Below, piece by piece: positions 29,844-38,844 of a stretch of DNA of 52,806 nt; position 1 is the first letter of the stretch; each line of letters starts with the position of its first letter. The notes below the pieces were generated by a model. It did not search any database. It was not told the DNA's origin and saw only the letters and a program-made list of their open reading frames with translations. The stretch lies in the sequence record MT446398.1, one strand, 5' to 3'. Source of the DNA: Escherichia virus TH24. The translations under genes and the position numbers were made by a program.

Positions 29844-29859
29844 AATTAAATCCTTTAAT

Positions 29860-30570
29860 TCCCAATATTCAAGCAATATTGCTGCATGTAATATTGTTTC
29901 AATATTCGACATTAGTTGGATGTGAAGTAACAGAATACGGAGAAATATTCCGCATGTCATGTTGAAATCATTCTAGAAACATTTCAGCATGTCAACTAAA
30001 CACACAGTGTTGTAATGATGTGGCAATCATTGAACTCCCTGTCTTTGGCCGGACAAAGTTCCAGCAACCATGTGTGAAGTAGGATTATCATTCGAAACTG
30101 TTCTTCAACTAAAGCATGACCAATTGTTCCGATGGTTGTCGTCGTCCTATTATCAAGGCCCACCCACAAGCCGGGATTATCATAGACAAGTTGGAACTTT
30201 TGGACATGCTTCTTTCTTTCAATCAGAATTCGAAAGAAGAGAAGAGTCGGAGCAAAGCCTCTCGTTTTCACACAGAAGCCGCCCCGATTTTGAGCAACAA
30301 ATATTGTGACAATATTGTCGCAGTATGGCATGTAAATATTGCTACAAATTGGCATGTTAGAATGTGGCAGAATTGTTAGAGGACTAATCACCTCGAAGAT
30401 ACAATTGTCTACCAATCCGGCATGTTAATTTTGTAACAGTATTTGTGCCAATTTCGCATGTAATAGCTGTATCAGTATTGACCCAATATTCTTGCAACCC
30501 GCATGAATACTGGCTTCCAGCCAAGCGAAGGCTTTATCATCGCATGTAAATATTGTGACAATATTGGGAT
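29860..30570. repeat. Cluster of palindromic CAATATTG / GCATGTAAATATTG motifs (operator- or iteron-like array)
   Basis: At least ten copies of (C)AATATT(G), several as GCATGTAAATATTG[C/T][T/G]ACAA[T/A]ATTGG, within ~700 bp lacking a convincing ORF; further copies at 27337-27590. Confidence 0.45.
29909..29927 (+). promoter_or_regulatory. Candidate phage-RNAP promoter (motif ACATTAGTTGGATGTGAAG)
   Basis: Perfect copy of the recurring 17-bp motif, directly after the RNAP terminator. Confidence 0.4.
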
Positions 30571-31065
30571 AAAACCCTTTATTTAGTTAGTTTTATTATG
30601 CTGTACATGGTCGGTTTTCCGTACCTGTTGCGCCACTTCTTGATGTGCCAAATACATTCCAAGATAGGAGCAAACCTGTAATTAATGATGCATGTTTGAT
30701 TGTGACTAAATTCGTCTATTTGGCAGATGAATTGGTTGCAATTAAGCATGTCCATTTATCATTAGTTGCATGTGAATAAGACCAAATCTCTGTAAATTCT
30801 GCTGAAATTGTGTGACAGATTTTAGAGAGATTATGTCTCCAAGCTAATCATTGTAGTTTTCGGCACTTAATGTGTCACATATATAGCCTGTGAAAAACGT
30901 GTGGTTTATTGCTGGATTGCAACGCGCCCACCAGACTAGGAAGTCCATGATGGCGGCACACACAGGAATACTATATAACTCCCTACAACTTTAAGGTGGA
31001 TTAAGGTAATACAGGACCTCCACAATCGTTCTGTAGGGAGTTTTCTTTTAACTTTGGAGAATAAA

Positions 31066-31314
31066 ATGGATACTGTTACTAAAGCGGCTTACTTTAAAGA
31101 CCTGCAAGATGGACAAATCTTTACTGTTCGTTCTGTGAAGTGGATTAAAGTAAATGAGTCAGATAAGTATAATGCTGTAAAGTTCTTTGATTCAAGTAAG
31201 GCATGTACTTTTAGCGACAATATTGTTGTCAATATTGAAATCGAATTAGAGCCAGATGATTCAAATGATGAAATCATTCTGCGCAAAACTGTTGGGTACA
31301 CTAAAGGATTCTGA
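31066..31314 (+). CDS. Hypothetical early protein
   Basis: GGAGA RBS 5 nt upstream of ATG 31066 (track start 31054 is TTG). Confidence 0.5.
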   Translation: MDTVTKAAYFKDLQDGQIFTVRSVKWIKVNESDKYNAVKFFDSSKACTFSDNIVVNIEIELEPDDSNDEIILRKTVGYTKGF

Positions 31315-31315
31315 A

Positions 31316-31558
31316 ATGAATTATGCACTGTATCAATATATCAATCGTGATGGTGTTGTTTCTCATGCTTTGGTTAATACTGAAACCAGAGCAATAATGT
31401 TGGCAGACTTAATGTCTTATACATCAATTTACGAAAACAAGCTGGTGTGGAAGAATGCCGCATATCCTGAATATGTTTGGCAAGCAATCCAGAATGACAA
31501 ACATCACAAAGTTGTGGCAACTGCCGCACATCCAGATTTCTTGAAAGTAAGAGGTTAA
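31316..31558 (+). CDS. Hypothetical early protein
   Basis: ATG 31316 just after the upstream stop, AAGGA RBS. Confidence 0.5.
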   Translation: MNYALYQYINRDGVVSHALVNTETRAIMLADLMSYTSIYENKLVWKNAAYPEYVWQAIQNDKHHKVVATAAHPDFLKVRG

Positions 31559-31560
31559 CA

Positions 31561-31749
31561 ATGGACTTCATCGTCTACTTTAAGTTAAATGGTGTAGAGC
31601 AAAGTTTGTACTTCAATTCTTTACTTCGTTTACAGCAGTGGGCGGAGAAGTTTGTTGGTTATGACTTTGATTACATCAATGCATGTACAACTGACGAACA
31701 TGAGGAAATCGTGTTCAGTTCTTTAAGCCAAATTCTGGAGGCAAAATGA
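31561..31749 (+). CDS. Hypothetical early protein
   Basis: 62 aa, AGAGG RBS. Confidence 0.5.
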   Translation: MDFIVYFKLNGVEQSLYFNSLLRLQQWAEKFVGYDFDYINACTTDEHEEIVFSSLSQILEAK

Positions 31750-31919
31750 ACGACCAGCAATTCAACACATTAATGCAGCAGATTAATCATCAAGAACTGA
31801 TGAATGCCATCGAAGGCAAGAAGCCAGTCGAACGTAAATATCGTAAAATTGATAATTATATGCCAACAATCATTGCATGTGTTGGTGTTGCCCTTGTTCT
31901 CTACTTCCTGGTGAAATAA
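31746..31919 (+). CDS. Small membrane protein (57 aa, C-terminal TM helix)
   Basis: ATGA overlap with upstream stop; C-terminal hydrophobic IIACVGVALVLYFLV. Below the 60-aa track threshold, translated manually. Confidence 0.4.
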   Translation: MNDQQFNTLMQQINHQELMNAIEGKKPVERKYRKIDNYMPTIIACVGVALVLYFLVK

Positions 31920-32002
31920 TGGATATCGTAAAGAAATTAGTATTCTGTATTCTGATGTTCCCACTTGTGCTACTTACTATTGGCGCATTCATGTACTTTT
32001 AA
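31919..32002 (+). CDS. Hydrophobic 27-aa peptide (MDIVKKLVFCILMFPLVLLTIGAFMYF)
   Basis: TAATG coupling to the upstream ORF; single predicted TM helix. Confidence 0.3.
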   Translation: MDIVKKLVFCILMFPLVLLTIGAFMYF

Positions 32003-32015
32003 TATTGGAGTTATT

Positions 32016-32279
32016 ATGGCTACTAAAACAGGCATGATGATTGTCCCAAGCCGTAATAACTCTTTAAGCGGCTTTACACCGTATCGCATCTATCGTGTAA
32101 TCTCAGGGACTGGCGAAGCGAATCTTTCAGAAGTTGCTTTGAAGCTAGGCAGGATGGTCCACTCCGACATTTCCTGTAACGTAGTTGATGATGAAGGTAA
32201 AGTCCGATTTGTAACAATGGATTTCTTCCGTGAATTTAAATTAGAATCTGAATTAGGGGTTTTGTACCATGAAATTTAA
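32016..32279 (+). CDS. Hypothetical early protein
   Basis: ATG 32016 with GGAG RBS. Confidence 0.5.
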   Translation: MATKTGMMIVPSRNNSLSGFTPYRIYRVISGTGEANLSEVALKLGRMVHSDISCNVVDDEGKVRFVTMDFFREFKLESELGVLYHEI

Positions 32280-32496
32280 ATGTGTTGCTTCAACCAAAGA
32301 CTACGTTCCAGTTGGCTCAATCATTGAAGGTGAAGCTATTTCGCCTTTGGAATTTAAAGTAACCAAATCTGCTGAAAGTATTTCTCCAGCATTTCGTAAA
32401 GGTGCTGTCGTTCCCATGAATGGTGCATTCTGGACATGGCAGCGTGACCATCGTGCAGAGTTTGCAGACATTTGTGAACAAGGTGTACTTCAATAA
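32269..32496 (+). CDS. Hypothetical early protein
   Basis: 75-aa ORF overlapping the previous stop. Confidence 0.45.
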   Translation: MKFKCVASTKDYVPVGSIIEGEAISPLEFKVTKSAESISPAFRKGAVVPMNGAFWTWQRDHRAEFADICEQGVLQ

Positions 32497-32559
32497 TTTC
32501 CTCAACCATTCTTATAATGAGAGTGGTTGCTGAATATTATTAATTAACTTGGAGCATTT

Positions 32560-32862
32560 ATGAAACAACGTACTCGTTTACAACGTGACCCAGCCACAGG
32601 TCGCCTGTTGCCAGCATATTTGAAAGTTGGTGACTTAGTTTACACTCGTGACTTTGCTTTTGATATTTGCCCAAGCAAAGTTTATGTGGTTCTTGCCACC
32701 AGCTTGTCAAAACCTAAAGTGTTGTTTGGCGCACTTGAGCCGATTCAACTGACAGGAACTCAATTTGTCATTAAAGATGAATCTGGTTGTAACCGAATCT
32801 TCAGTCTTGAAGGTGGTTTGTCTAAATGGGAGAAGATGAAACCGTGGGTAAGAACTATATAG
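32560..32862 (+). CDS. Hypothetical early protein
   Basis: 100 aa, GGAG RBS. Confidence 0.5.
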   Translation: MKQRTRLQRDPATGRLLPAYLKVGDLVYTRDFAFDICPSKVYVVLATSLSKPKVLFGALEPIQLTGTQFVIKDESGCNRIFSLEGGLSKWEKMKPWVRTI

Positions 32863-33077
32863 AAATGTTTAAAAGACTCAATGTCAATGGACAGGGGTTC
32901 TTATTAAATGATGCAAGACAAGATGTAGAGCTGTCTGATAAATACAGCTACTCATATCAGAGGACTATTGTAAAATGGACGTTCTCTTACATATCCTACA
33001 ATCTTCCAGGAGAAACGCTTGTGATTAGCGGTTCTGGTGATTCCGTATTATCCGCTTTGGAGAAACTAAAGCAATGA
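32826..33077 (+). CDS. Hypothetical early protein
   Basis: Start ambiguous (ATG 32826 or ATG 32865). Confidence 0.4.
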   Translation: MGEDETVGKNYIEMFKRLNVNGQGFLLNDARQDVELSDKYSYSYQRTIVKWTFSYISYNLPGETLVISGSGDSVLSALEKLKQ

Positions 33078-33361
33078 ACAAGAATTCGATTTTACGTTAT
33101 GTTGGTGAAACTAATTACAACTTCACCAAAGGTAAGAAATACAAAATCGTCGCTGGTCGTGGTGACGGAGTTCCTCGCAACAATGGTACACTCGGTGCGT
33201 ATATTCAATCTCCTTTGGGTTTTGTCGTTAATGATGATAACCGCAGTTTATCTTATCGTACATTCTCCGATAATTGGGAACTTGTGAAAGATTCTGGCGA
33301 AGTAAGCTGGTATAAACCTGAATCAAATATGGACCCGATTCCTATATCGAAGGTGATGTGA
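33074..33361 (+). CDS. Hypothetical early protein
   Basis: 95 aa, ATGA overlap. Confidence 0.5.
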   Translation: MNKNSILRYVGETNYNFTKGKKYKIVAGRGDGVPRNNGTLGAYIQSPLGFVVNDDNRSLSYRTFSDNWELVKDSGEVSWYKPESNMDPIPISKVM

Positions 33362-33518
33362 GGATTGAATATTAAATACCTAATACTGACACTTACTATT
33401 AGCGTTGTTATACTTACGATTGTTGTAGGCTTTGCCAACCTGCTGCTATTACAAGCAGGAATATAAACTGGCGCGTTAAATTAACAAGGAGCATTCATTG
33501 AGTGTTCCTGATTAATTC

Positions 33519-33537
33519 AACATTAGTTGGATGTGAG
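33519..33537 (+). promoter_or_regulatory. Candidate phage-RNAP promoter (motif ACATTAGTTGGATGTGAGAG)
   Basis: Perfect motif copy ~75 nt upstream of the 33610 ORF. Confidence 0.4.
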
Positions 33538-33609
33538 AGACAAAGCTATTCCGTGGTTAGCAATGTCACTGAAACTTAAACCGTAAATTAACTTAAGAGA
33601 ATCTTAATC

Positions 33610-33987
33610 ATGGCACAATATTCAGACGTAAACACTGGCATCATCGGTTCCAATGGCTTCAAGAAAGACCCAAAACATCCTGACGTTCGTGGACGTATTA
33701 ACGTTGACGGAGTCTGGTATTGGGTGTCCGGTTGGAACAAGCAAGCCAATGGTAATGAATTTACCTCGCTGGCCCTCACCATCATGACCCAAGAACAGGT
33801 CGATGAAATGATGCGTAAGCGTGAAGAGAAAGCTAAAGCCAAAGCTCAACCTCAAGCCGCTGCACAACAGCAACAGCAACGCCAGCAACCTGCTGCACAA
33901 CAGCAAGCACCTGTTCAGCAACAGACGCAGAACAGTAACTATAATCCGAACGAGCCGAAAGACTTCGACGACGACATTCCTTTCTAA
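33610..33987 (+). CDS. Small protein ending in the bacterial SSB C-terminal tip DFDDDIPF (SSB-tail mimic or minimal SSB)
   Basis: 125 aa; Gln/Ala/Pro-rich linker (QPQAAAQQQQQRQQPAAQQQAPVQQQ) then DFDDDIPF at the extreme C-terminus; N-terminal region is too short for a canonical OB fold. Confidence 0.6.
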   Translation: MAQYSDVNTGIIGSNGFKKDPKHPDVRGRINVDGVWYWVSGWNKQANGNEFTSLALTIMTQEQVDEMMRKREEKAKAKAQPQAAAQQQQQRQQPAAQQQAPVQQQTQNSNYNPNEPKDFDDDIPF

Positions 33988-34000
33988 TTGGAGATGCCCT

Positions 34001-34120
34001 ATGAAAATTTTATGTTTTATAGGGCTACATAATTGGGAAATTTCGCATGAAAACGATTATGTAACCTTTTGGGTGTGTAAGCACTGTTCAGCAATGCGTG
34101 AGGAATATCATGGCAACTAA
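34001..34120 (+). CDS. Small Cys/His-rich protein (39 aa)
   Basis: GGAGA RBS; MKILCFIGLHNWEISHENDYVTFWVCKHCSAMREEYHGN. Confidence 0.35.
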   Translation: MKILCFIGLHNWEISHENDYVTFWVCKHCSAMREEYHGN

Positions 34121-35015
34121 CGTTATTGAAATACCTGCCAATTTGGTCAAAACTGGCGACGTGGTAATTCATGAAGATAAAGAGTATCTGATTGGATATG
34201 TCTTTAGATTGGGTGTAGTTCAACTGCAATATTCTGGTGGATGTTTCAATTTTGAGTGGGACCAGGCAGTCAAAATCTTGGATAAACGTCCTACTACAGA
34301 CTCCTTTGCAAAACCGGGCGCAACAACACGCGCAGTATTGGCAAGCCAAGTTCGACCTGGAAACACCCTATCTTACGGAATCAAATTCTTTGAGATAAAG
34401 GAAGTTAAAGACCTTGGGGAAATTCCTGAAAGTGCGGTTCGCTTAATACATGAAACAGGCTACTTTGACTTTTCACTTAACCGTATAGTCCACATTGTTA
34501 ACGAGCCACCAGCTTTGGAAACTCCAACAGCAACATACAATACGCAGATAACACCGGTATTTCTTCCTTATGAGGAAGCAGTGAAACCATTCTCAGATGA
34601 AGAGGATGTTAAAGGCGCTGATGTAGAAGTTGGTGATGTTATTTGGTACAAAGGCAATTGGGCAACTGTTACAAATGTGTACAAGCACCCAAACTCACCA
34701 TACAATAAAGTCAATGTTGACTACGGCGACGTAAAAGGTTTGCAAGTACGTCTGGTATTAACTGGAACTTATTCGAGAAAGGTAAGAGCAGTAATGGAAA
34801 CTTTAAATATCCAAAATGCAATCGAAGCACAGCGTATTCTTCTGCAAAAGCTGGAGCAAATGCTAGACTTACAGCAACTTGCACCAACAGCAGATGGCAA
34901 GATTGCAATCGGCAACTGCAACATTCGCGTGGACAAGGCATCAATCGTTAAAGCCGCACGCGATGAAATGAAAGCTGCCGCAAGCAAATCAACAGAGCTT
35001 ATCAAGAAGCTGTAA
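34110..35015 (+). CDS. Hypothetical protein (301 aa)
   Basis: ATG 34110 with GAGGA RBS (track start 34098 is GTG). Confidence 0.55.
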   Translation: MATNVIEIPANLVKTGDVVIHEDKEYLIGYVFRLGVVQLQYSGGCFNFEWDQAVKILDKRPTTDSFAKPGATTRAVLASQVRPGNTLSYGIKFFEIKEVKDLGEIPESAVRLIHETGYFDFSLNRIVHIVNEPPALETPTATYNTQITPVFLPYEEAVKPFSDEEDVKGADVEVGDVIWYKGNWATVTNVYKHPNSPYNKVNVDYGDVKGLQVRLVLTGTYSRKVRAVMETLNIQNAIEAQRILLQKLEQMLDLQQLAPTADGKIAIGNCNIRVDKASIVKAARDEMKAAASKSTELIKKL

Positions 35016-35071
35016 TTAACAGAGGTCATTCCACTTCGAGTGGCCTCGATTAATTATTATTAGGAGGAATT

Positions 35072-35293
35072 ATGGCAAGTTATTATGCAACAATGCTTAC
35101 ACGAGACTTGAAAGGTGAGTTGAGCGATGCTTGTGGTAGCTTTGGAAATATTGCTATCGACGGAAGATTGACTTTGCAAAATGCTATCTCAGTTGCTGGA
35201 GAAAGTCTTTCAAAAGAGAGTGGATACGAGGGATTTAAAATAGAACTCTTATCCAGACCTTGGGCATATAGAAATCCACTTGTAACGAAGTAG
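35072..35293 (+). CDS. Hypothetical protein
   Basis: 73 aa, strong TAGGAGGA RBS. Confidence 0.5.
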   Translation: MASYYATMLTRDLKGELSDACGSFGNIAIDGRLTLQNAISVAGESLSKESGYEGFKIELLSRPWAYRNPLVTK

Positions 35294-35295
35294 TC

Positions 35296-35646
35296 ATGAA
35301 AACTTTATACATTGCACTCACAATTTTGTTCGGAGTATTCGCATTCAAATCAGAGGCATCTGTTCGCAGCTTCCAGTGTGGCGGGTACAAAATGTCTGTT
35401 GAAACAATTACAATGAGCCAGCCACTCATTGCAACAATTTCTTTGCACGAAGGTACATGGATTGAGATTCCAGATAATGGAAATCCTAACCCAATGTCAA
35501 CAGTGTTCTACAATACACAGAGCAGTAAGCTGGCCTTAGTTGGTGTTGACGCTGAGGAACGTTTGGTGCTACAGATTTATCGTGACATTGACTTCTTTCA
35601 TGCCAAATTTCCATTGTTATCAACCTATTGTAAGGAAGTTAAATGA
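35296..35646 (+). CDS. Secreted or periplasmic protein with signal peptide
   Basis: N-terminal MKTLYIALTILFGVFAFKSEA signal-peptide-like sequence. Confidence 0.5.
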   Translation: MKTLYIALTILFGVFAFKSEASVRSFQCGGYKMSVETITMSQPLIATISLHEGTWIEIPDNGNPNPMSTVFYNTQSSKLALVGVDAEERLVLQIYRDIDFFHAKFPLLSTYCKEVK

Positions 35647-35870
35647 CGTCATCCGAATTTACCATTGATGGAGTACCATACTTACTTGAATCCAGTTGTG
35701 AATATCGCCACTGGTCAGTAGTTCGCGAAAGAGTTATCAAATTCTTAGAGCGAGTGGGGAAAGAGGGAGCGATTCTGACTACGGCCACTGTAGAAGGAAC
35801 AACCGAGATTAATCGGGAGCTTGTATCTTTCAAATTAACTATCTATCCATCAGGAAATACTTTCCAATGA
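35643..35870 (+). CDS. Hypothetical protein
   Basis: 75 aa, ATGA overlap. Confidence 0.45.
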   Translation: MTSSEFTIDGVPYLLESSCEYRHWSVVRERVIKFLERVGKEGAILTTATVEGTTEINRELVSFKLTIYPSGNTFQ

Positions 35871-36244
35871 ATATTGATATTAAAGATTTACCAGCCTATG
35901 CCAAGTCCGTGGAAACATCAGTACTTCGTCAGCAAGAATATGTAGCACGTCTTGCAGCAATGTTCGAAGCAGGTTCTCGTGAAATTCGTCTGTTTGACCA
36001 GGTGAACGACGAGTGGACCTATGTTCCTTTGCAGGAATATTGGCAAATGCAGCAAAATATTCTGTTAGCACAGATGACCTTTCATGGTCAAATCACTGCT
36101 GCTCATACGGCAGGCCAAGCGGCAGTTAACACAGCCCTTGAGGGTGTAGAAAAGCCAATTGGTGGTATGGGTGAGCTTTCCGGTATTGCATTATCAGCAG
36201 GAAACTCCTTTAAAGTAGCTGGTTTATATGCGGGGGCCAAGTAA
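35867..36244 (+). CDS. Hypothetical protein
   Basis: 125 aa, ATGA overlap. Confidence 0.5.
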   Translation: MNIDIKDLPAYAKSVETSVLRQQEYVARLAAMFEAGSREIRLFDQVNDEWTYVPLQEYWQMQQNILLAQMTFHGQITAAHTAGQAAVNTALEGVEKPIGGMGELSGIALSAGNSFKVAGLYAGAK

Positions 36245-36523
36245 TTGATTTCTATTGACCAAGTTCCAGTTGAGTTGGGCAAGGCAAAAAGTAAGTTGGA
36301 TGGTGCCAAATCAGACCTTCTCACCTTTGAAGAGTGCTCAACCCACGATAAGACGAAAGTTTTCATCGAGTGTATTAATGGCTGGGTCTTAATTGATTCG
36401 GCGGTAATACAATCACTCCTCACTAAAGAGGTTGAAACTGCACAAGCAGGTTTTGACGAGTTAGAAAGCATCAATACTTTGCTAAATAACACTCTGAGTG
36501 ACGCATTAAAGGGCAAGCAATGA
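36245..36523 (+). CDS. Hypothetical protein (non-ATG start)
   Basis: Frame opens with TTG directly after the upstream TAA; ATGA overlap with the M15 peptidase gene at its 3' end. Confidence 0.35.
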   Translation: MISIDQVPVELGKAKSKLDGAKSDLLTFEECSTHDKTKVFIECINGWVLIDSAVIQSLLTKEVETAQAGFDELESINTLLNNTLSDALKGKQ

Positions 36524-36915
36524 ATGTTAAGTTAGGTCAACGCTCAATCGACCGACTTAAGGGAGTAAATCCTTCATTAGTTGCAGTTTTCAAACGGGCA
36601 TGTGAAACCATGCCTTTTGATGTGACTGTTTTGGAAGGTTTACGCTCTTATGAACGTCAACAAGAGCTTTTAAAGCAAGGTGCAACCAAAGTCTCAGTTA
36701 GCCGACACATGTCAGGCAACGCTTTGGACATTGCACCGTATCCAATTGACTGGAATGACCTTGAACGATTCCAAATTGTAGCTGAACACATGTTCAAAGC
36801 CGCAGAAGAGCTTGGAATTGTTATTCGTTGGGGTGGAACATGGGAACGTTCATTCACTAAGCCAGTGAAATGGGCTAAATTCCTCGACGCACCGCACTTC
36901 GAACTTCCAACATAA
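36520..36915 (+). CDS. Peptidase M15 family peptidoglycan hydrolase (T5-endolysin-like)
   Basis: VSRHMSGNALDIAPYPIDWNDLERF matches the SxHxxGxAxD...DWND zinc-peptidase motif of L-alanyl-D-glutamate peptidases. Confidence 0.65.
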   Translation: MNVKLGQRSIDRLKGVNPSLVAVFKRACETMPFDVTVLEGLRSYERQQELLKQGATKVSVSRHMSGNALDIAPYPIDWNDLERFQIVAEHMFKAAEELGIVIRWGGTWERSFTKPVKWAKFLDAPHFELPT

Positions 36916-36923
36916 CTTCATCA

Positions 36924-37214
36924 ATGGAGCATCCGATGGAATATCAGGAAATACCGAAAGAATTAGAGCGTATGCAGGAGCGTACGTCTCGTGCAGAGGC
37001 AGAACTCCACCAACATTTGTCAAATCATGTGCAAGATTCCCGTAGTCTGAGACACGAAATTGAGGTTGGCAGATGCTGTTATCTAGTAACATATGAAGAG
37101 AAGACCGCCATCCTGGACATACTAGTAAAGGGCGGGAAAGGGCGAATCGAACAGCTCAAAATCCTTAATATGGAACTTCAAGGTATGTGGGAGAAACTCA
37201 ATGCAAAACGATAA
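36924..37214 (+). CDS. Hypothetical protein
   Basis: 96 aa, charged and helical-looking. Confidence 0.45.
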   Translation: MEHPMEYQEIPKELERMQERTSRAEAELHQHLSNHVQDSRSLRHEIEVGRCCYLVTYEEKTAILDILVKGGKGRIEQLKILNMELQGMWEKLNAKR

Positions 37215-37749
37215 CATTACTAAAGCAGTGGAACAACTTAAGTCCTGGCGTAGAGATGAAACCTTATTGGTTCGTTTCTACACAGGCGAAAACAATTCCG
37301 AGTATGAAGATGCTTGGATTGATGGCCTGGCATGGCGGCTCTATGACTTCAACATGCCAGAATATTTGCACGAAGAATATGGCATCGAGTACCCAGAAAC
37401 AGGGACTTACGACATTCTCGAATCAAGAGATGAGGATGTTACAGAAGTTTGCTTTGTTGATGGCCTATTCAGCCTACGCAAGTATGACAAATTCAATGAA
37501 CTTTTAAATGATACTGATTTGTTTGTAATTCTTGCTGCATTCCGTAGTGGTGAGATTGATATTTTCACTGTGAATGATTTGAACGACATGTTCATCACTC
37601 GTTGCGACTCAATTGCAGACTACTTAAAGCAAAGTGAGGCATTGGATATTCCAGGCCGTCTTGCTCCATATATTGATTGGGAAGCTATTGTCCGAGATTA
37701 CGGAAGCGACTACATCTTCTCCGAAGGAGTATTGTTCTTAAATGTGTGA
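37201..37749 (+). CDS. ArdA-like antirestriction protein (putative DNA mimic)
   Basis: 182 aa, strongly acidic; C-terminal LAPYIDWEAIVRDYGSDYIFSEGVLFLNV resembles the conserved ArdA C-terminal block. Confidence 0.45.
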   Translation: MQNDNITKAVEQLKSWRRDETLLVRFYTGENNSEYEDAWIDGLAWRLYDFNMPEYLHEEYGIEYPETGTYDILESRDEDVTEVCFVDGLFSLRKYDKFNELLNDTDLFVILAAFRSGEIDIFTVNDLNDMFITRCDSIADYLKQSEALDIPGRLAPYIDWEAIVRDYGSDYIFSEGVLFLNV

Positions 37750-37978
37750 TTTAAATATTAACTCAATCAAGCCAGAAGATATTCTCTTCCACCAGCCACG
37801 CGGCCACTACTATCGAATCCTGTTTGCTACGAAGATTAAAACCCACTGCGGTCAGTGGGTAGATGGTTTTGCTTACCAGGAAGTTAAGAAGTATGGAAAT
37901 CATACCTTCTTTGGTGTTGATTCAGTAATTTATTCAAGACCAAAGGAGTTGTTTGACTCAGATTGGAAAACACTATAG
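37742..37978 (+). CDS. Hypothetical protein
   Basis: 78 aa. Confidence 0.45.
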   Translation: MCDLNINSIKPEDILFHQPRGHYYRILFATKIKTHCGQWVDGFAYQEVKKYGNHTFFGVDSVIYSRPKELFDSDWKTL

Positions 37979-38844
37979 TTCCAGGCGGGTTTCTTCGAAG
38001 TGCCAAGCGGGTTTTGTACTCGCATTGGCCTTCGGCTTTAGTCTGAAACATTAGTGGGATTTGATTCTGACCTCTTAGGGAAGAAAGGCATTATAACCAA
38101 TCGCCAAATTGGTGTCAAGCACTTTCTTCATTTATTTTAATTTATTCTTATTATTCTTTTTGTTTGGAATATTGGAATAATTCTGAAACATTAATTGGAA
38201 TTGAAGAAACAACATCAGATAATAGCTTTGTAACTCGGTAGACCGTTACGGCCGATAACGTGCGAGAATGTTCGACTCATTCTACAAAGTTATTTTCGAT
38301 GGAATGTTTCCATCATATACATTTATCTTTTAACATAGGCCATAGGGCCGGAATACTTCTTCGCAGAAAAGCTATTCACTTGTTATAGGCGATGTATTGG
38401 GATGAATTGGAACTAAATAAGCAAGCTGTTAGGGCTGAATAATTAGAGGGTTGTGCCTCATGCTTATGTTAGTCATTCGAAAATAGGTTTGTGCCACAAG
38501 CCGCTGGTGCTCCGAGGAAGTCGGACAAACAGGGCTTAGAGTGGCATAATCCGCACAAAACCAAGCCACCAGCCACGCCAACGCTGGGATTTGGGTGAAT
38601 GTATTGGGAAGGGTTACAAAGCCTCTGTGACCTCCGTAGCTTGCCAGGCTGCGGCGCAGTTATGATACGCAGGTCGCACCCTAACGGGAGTAATCCTTCG
38701 CCAATGCAGTTATCCAGAATTGACACAAACGGTAGGCAGTGGCCCGATTTTCGGCCTTCCTGCGCTACTCTGTGGCCTGTTTCATAGGCCAAAAGATGAG
38801 AAGAGAGAAGTCACAAACACTGAATCGAAAATTGGAGAGTTCCT
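37979..38844. other. ORF-free region with motif variants and a GC-rich segment (candidate structured RNA or regulatory region)
   Basis: 866 bp without RBS-supported ORF; promoter-motif variants at 38048 and 38188; the 38460-38800 segment is visibly GC-richer than the genome. Confidence 0.35.

Noticed and set aside
29996-30415. 139-aa minus-strand ORF and overlapping + strand ORFs (30070-30379) downstream of the RNAP gene
   Set aside because: They fall within the repeat-dense CAATATTG/GCATGT array, lack RBSs, and their reading frames are built from the repeats; treated as non-coding.
27534-30570. Possibility that the repeat clusters are a CRISPR array
   Set aside because: Repeats are short (8-25 bp), irregularly spaced, partly palindromic and lack uniform spacers; more consistent with operator or iteron arrays.
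38469-38792. 107-aa minus-strand ORF and 62-aa + strand ORF in the GC-rich part of the 38-kb gap
   Set aside because: No RBS and atypical composition; more likely an open frame within a GC-rich structured or regulatory segment.
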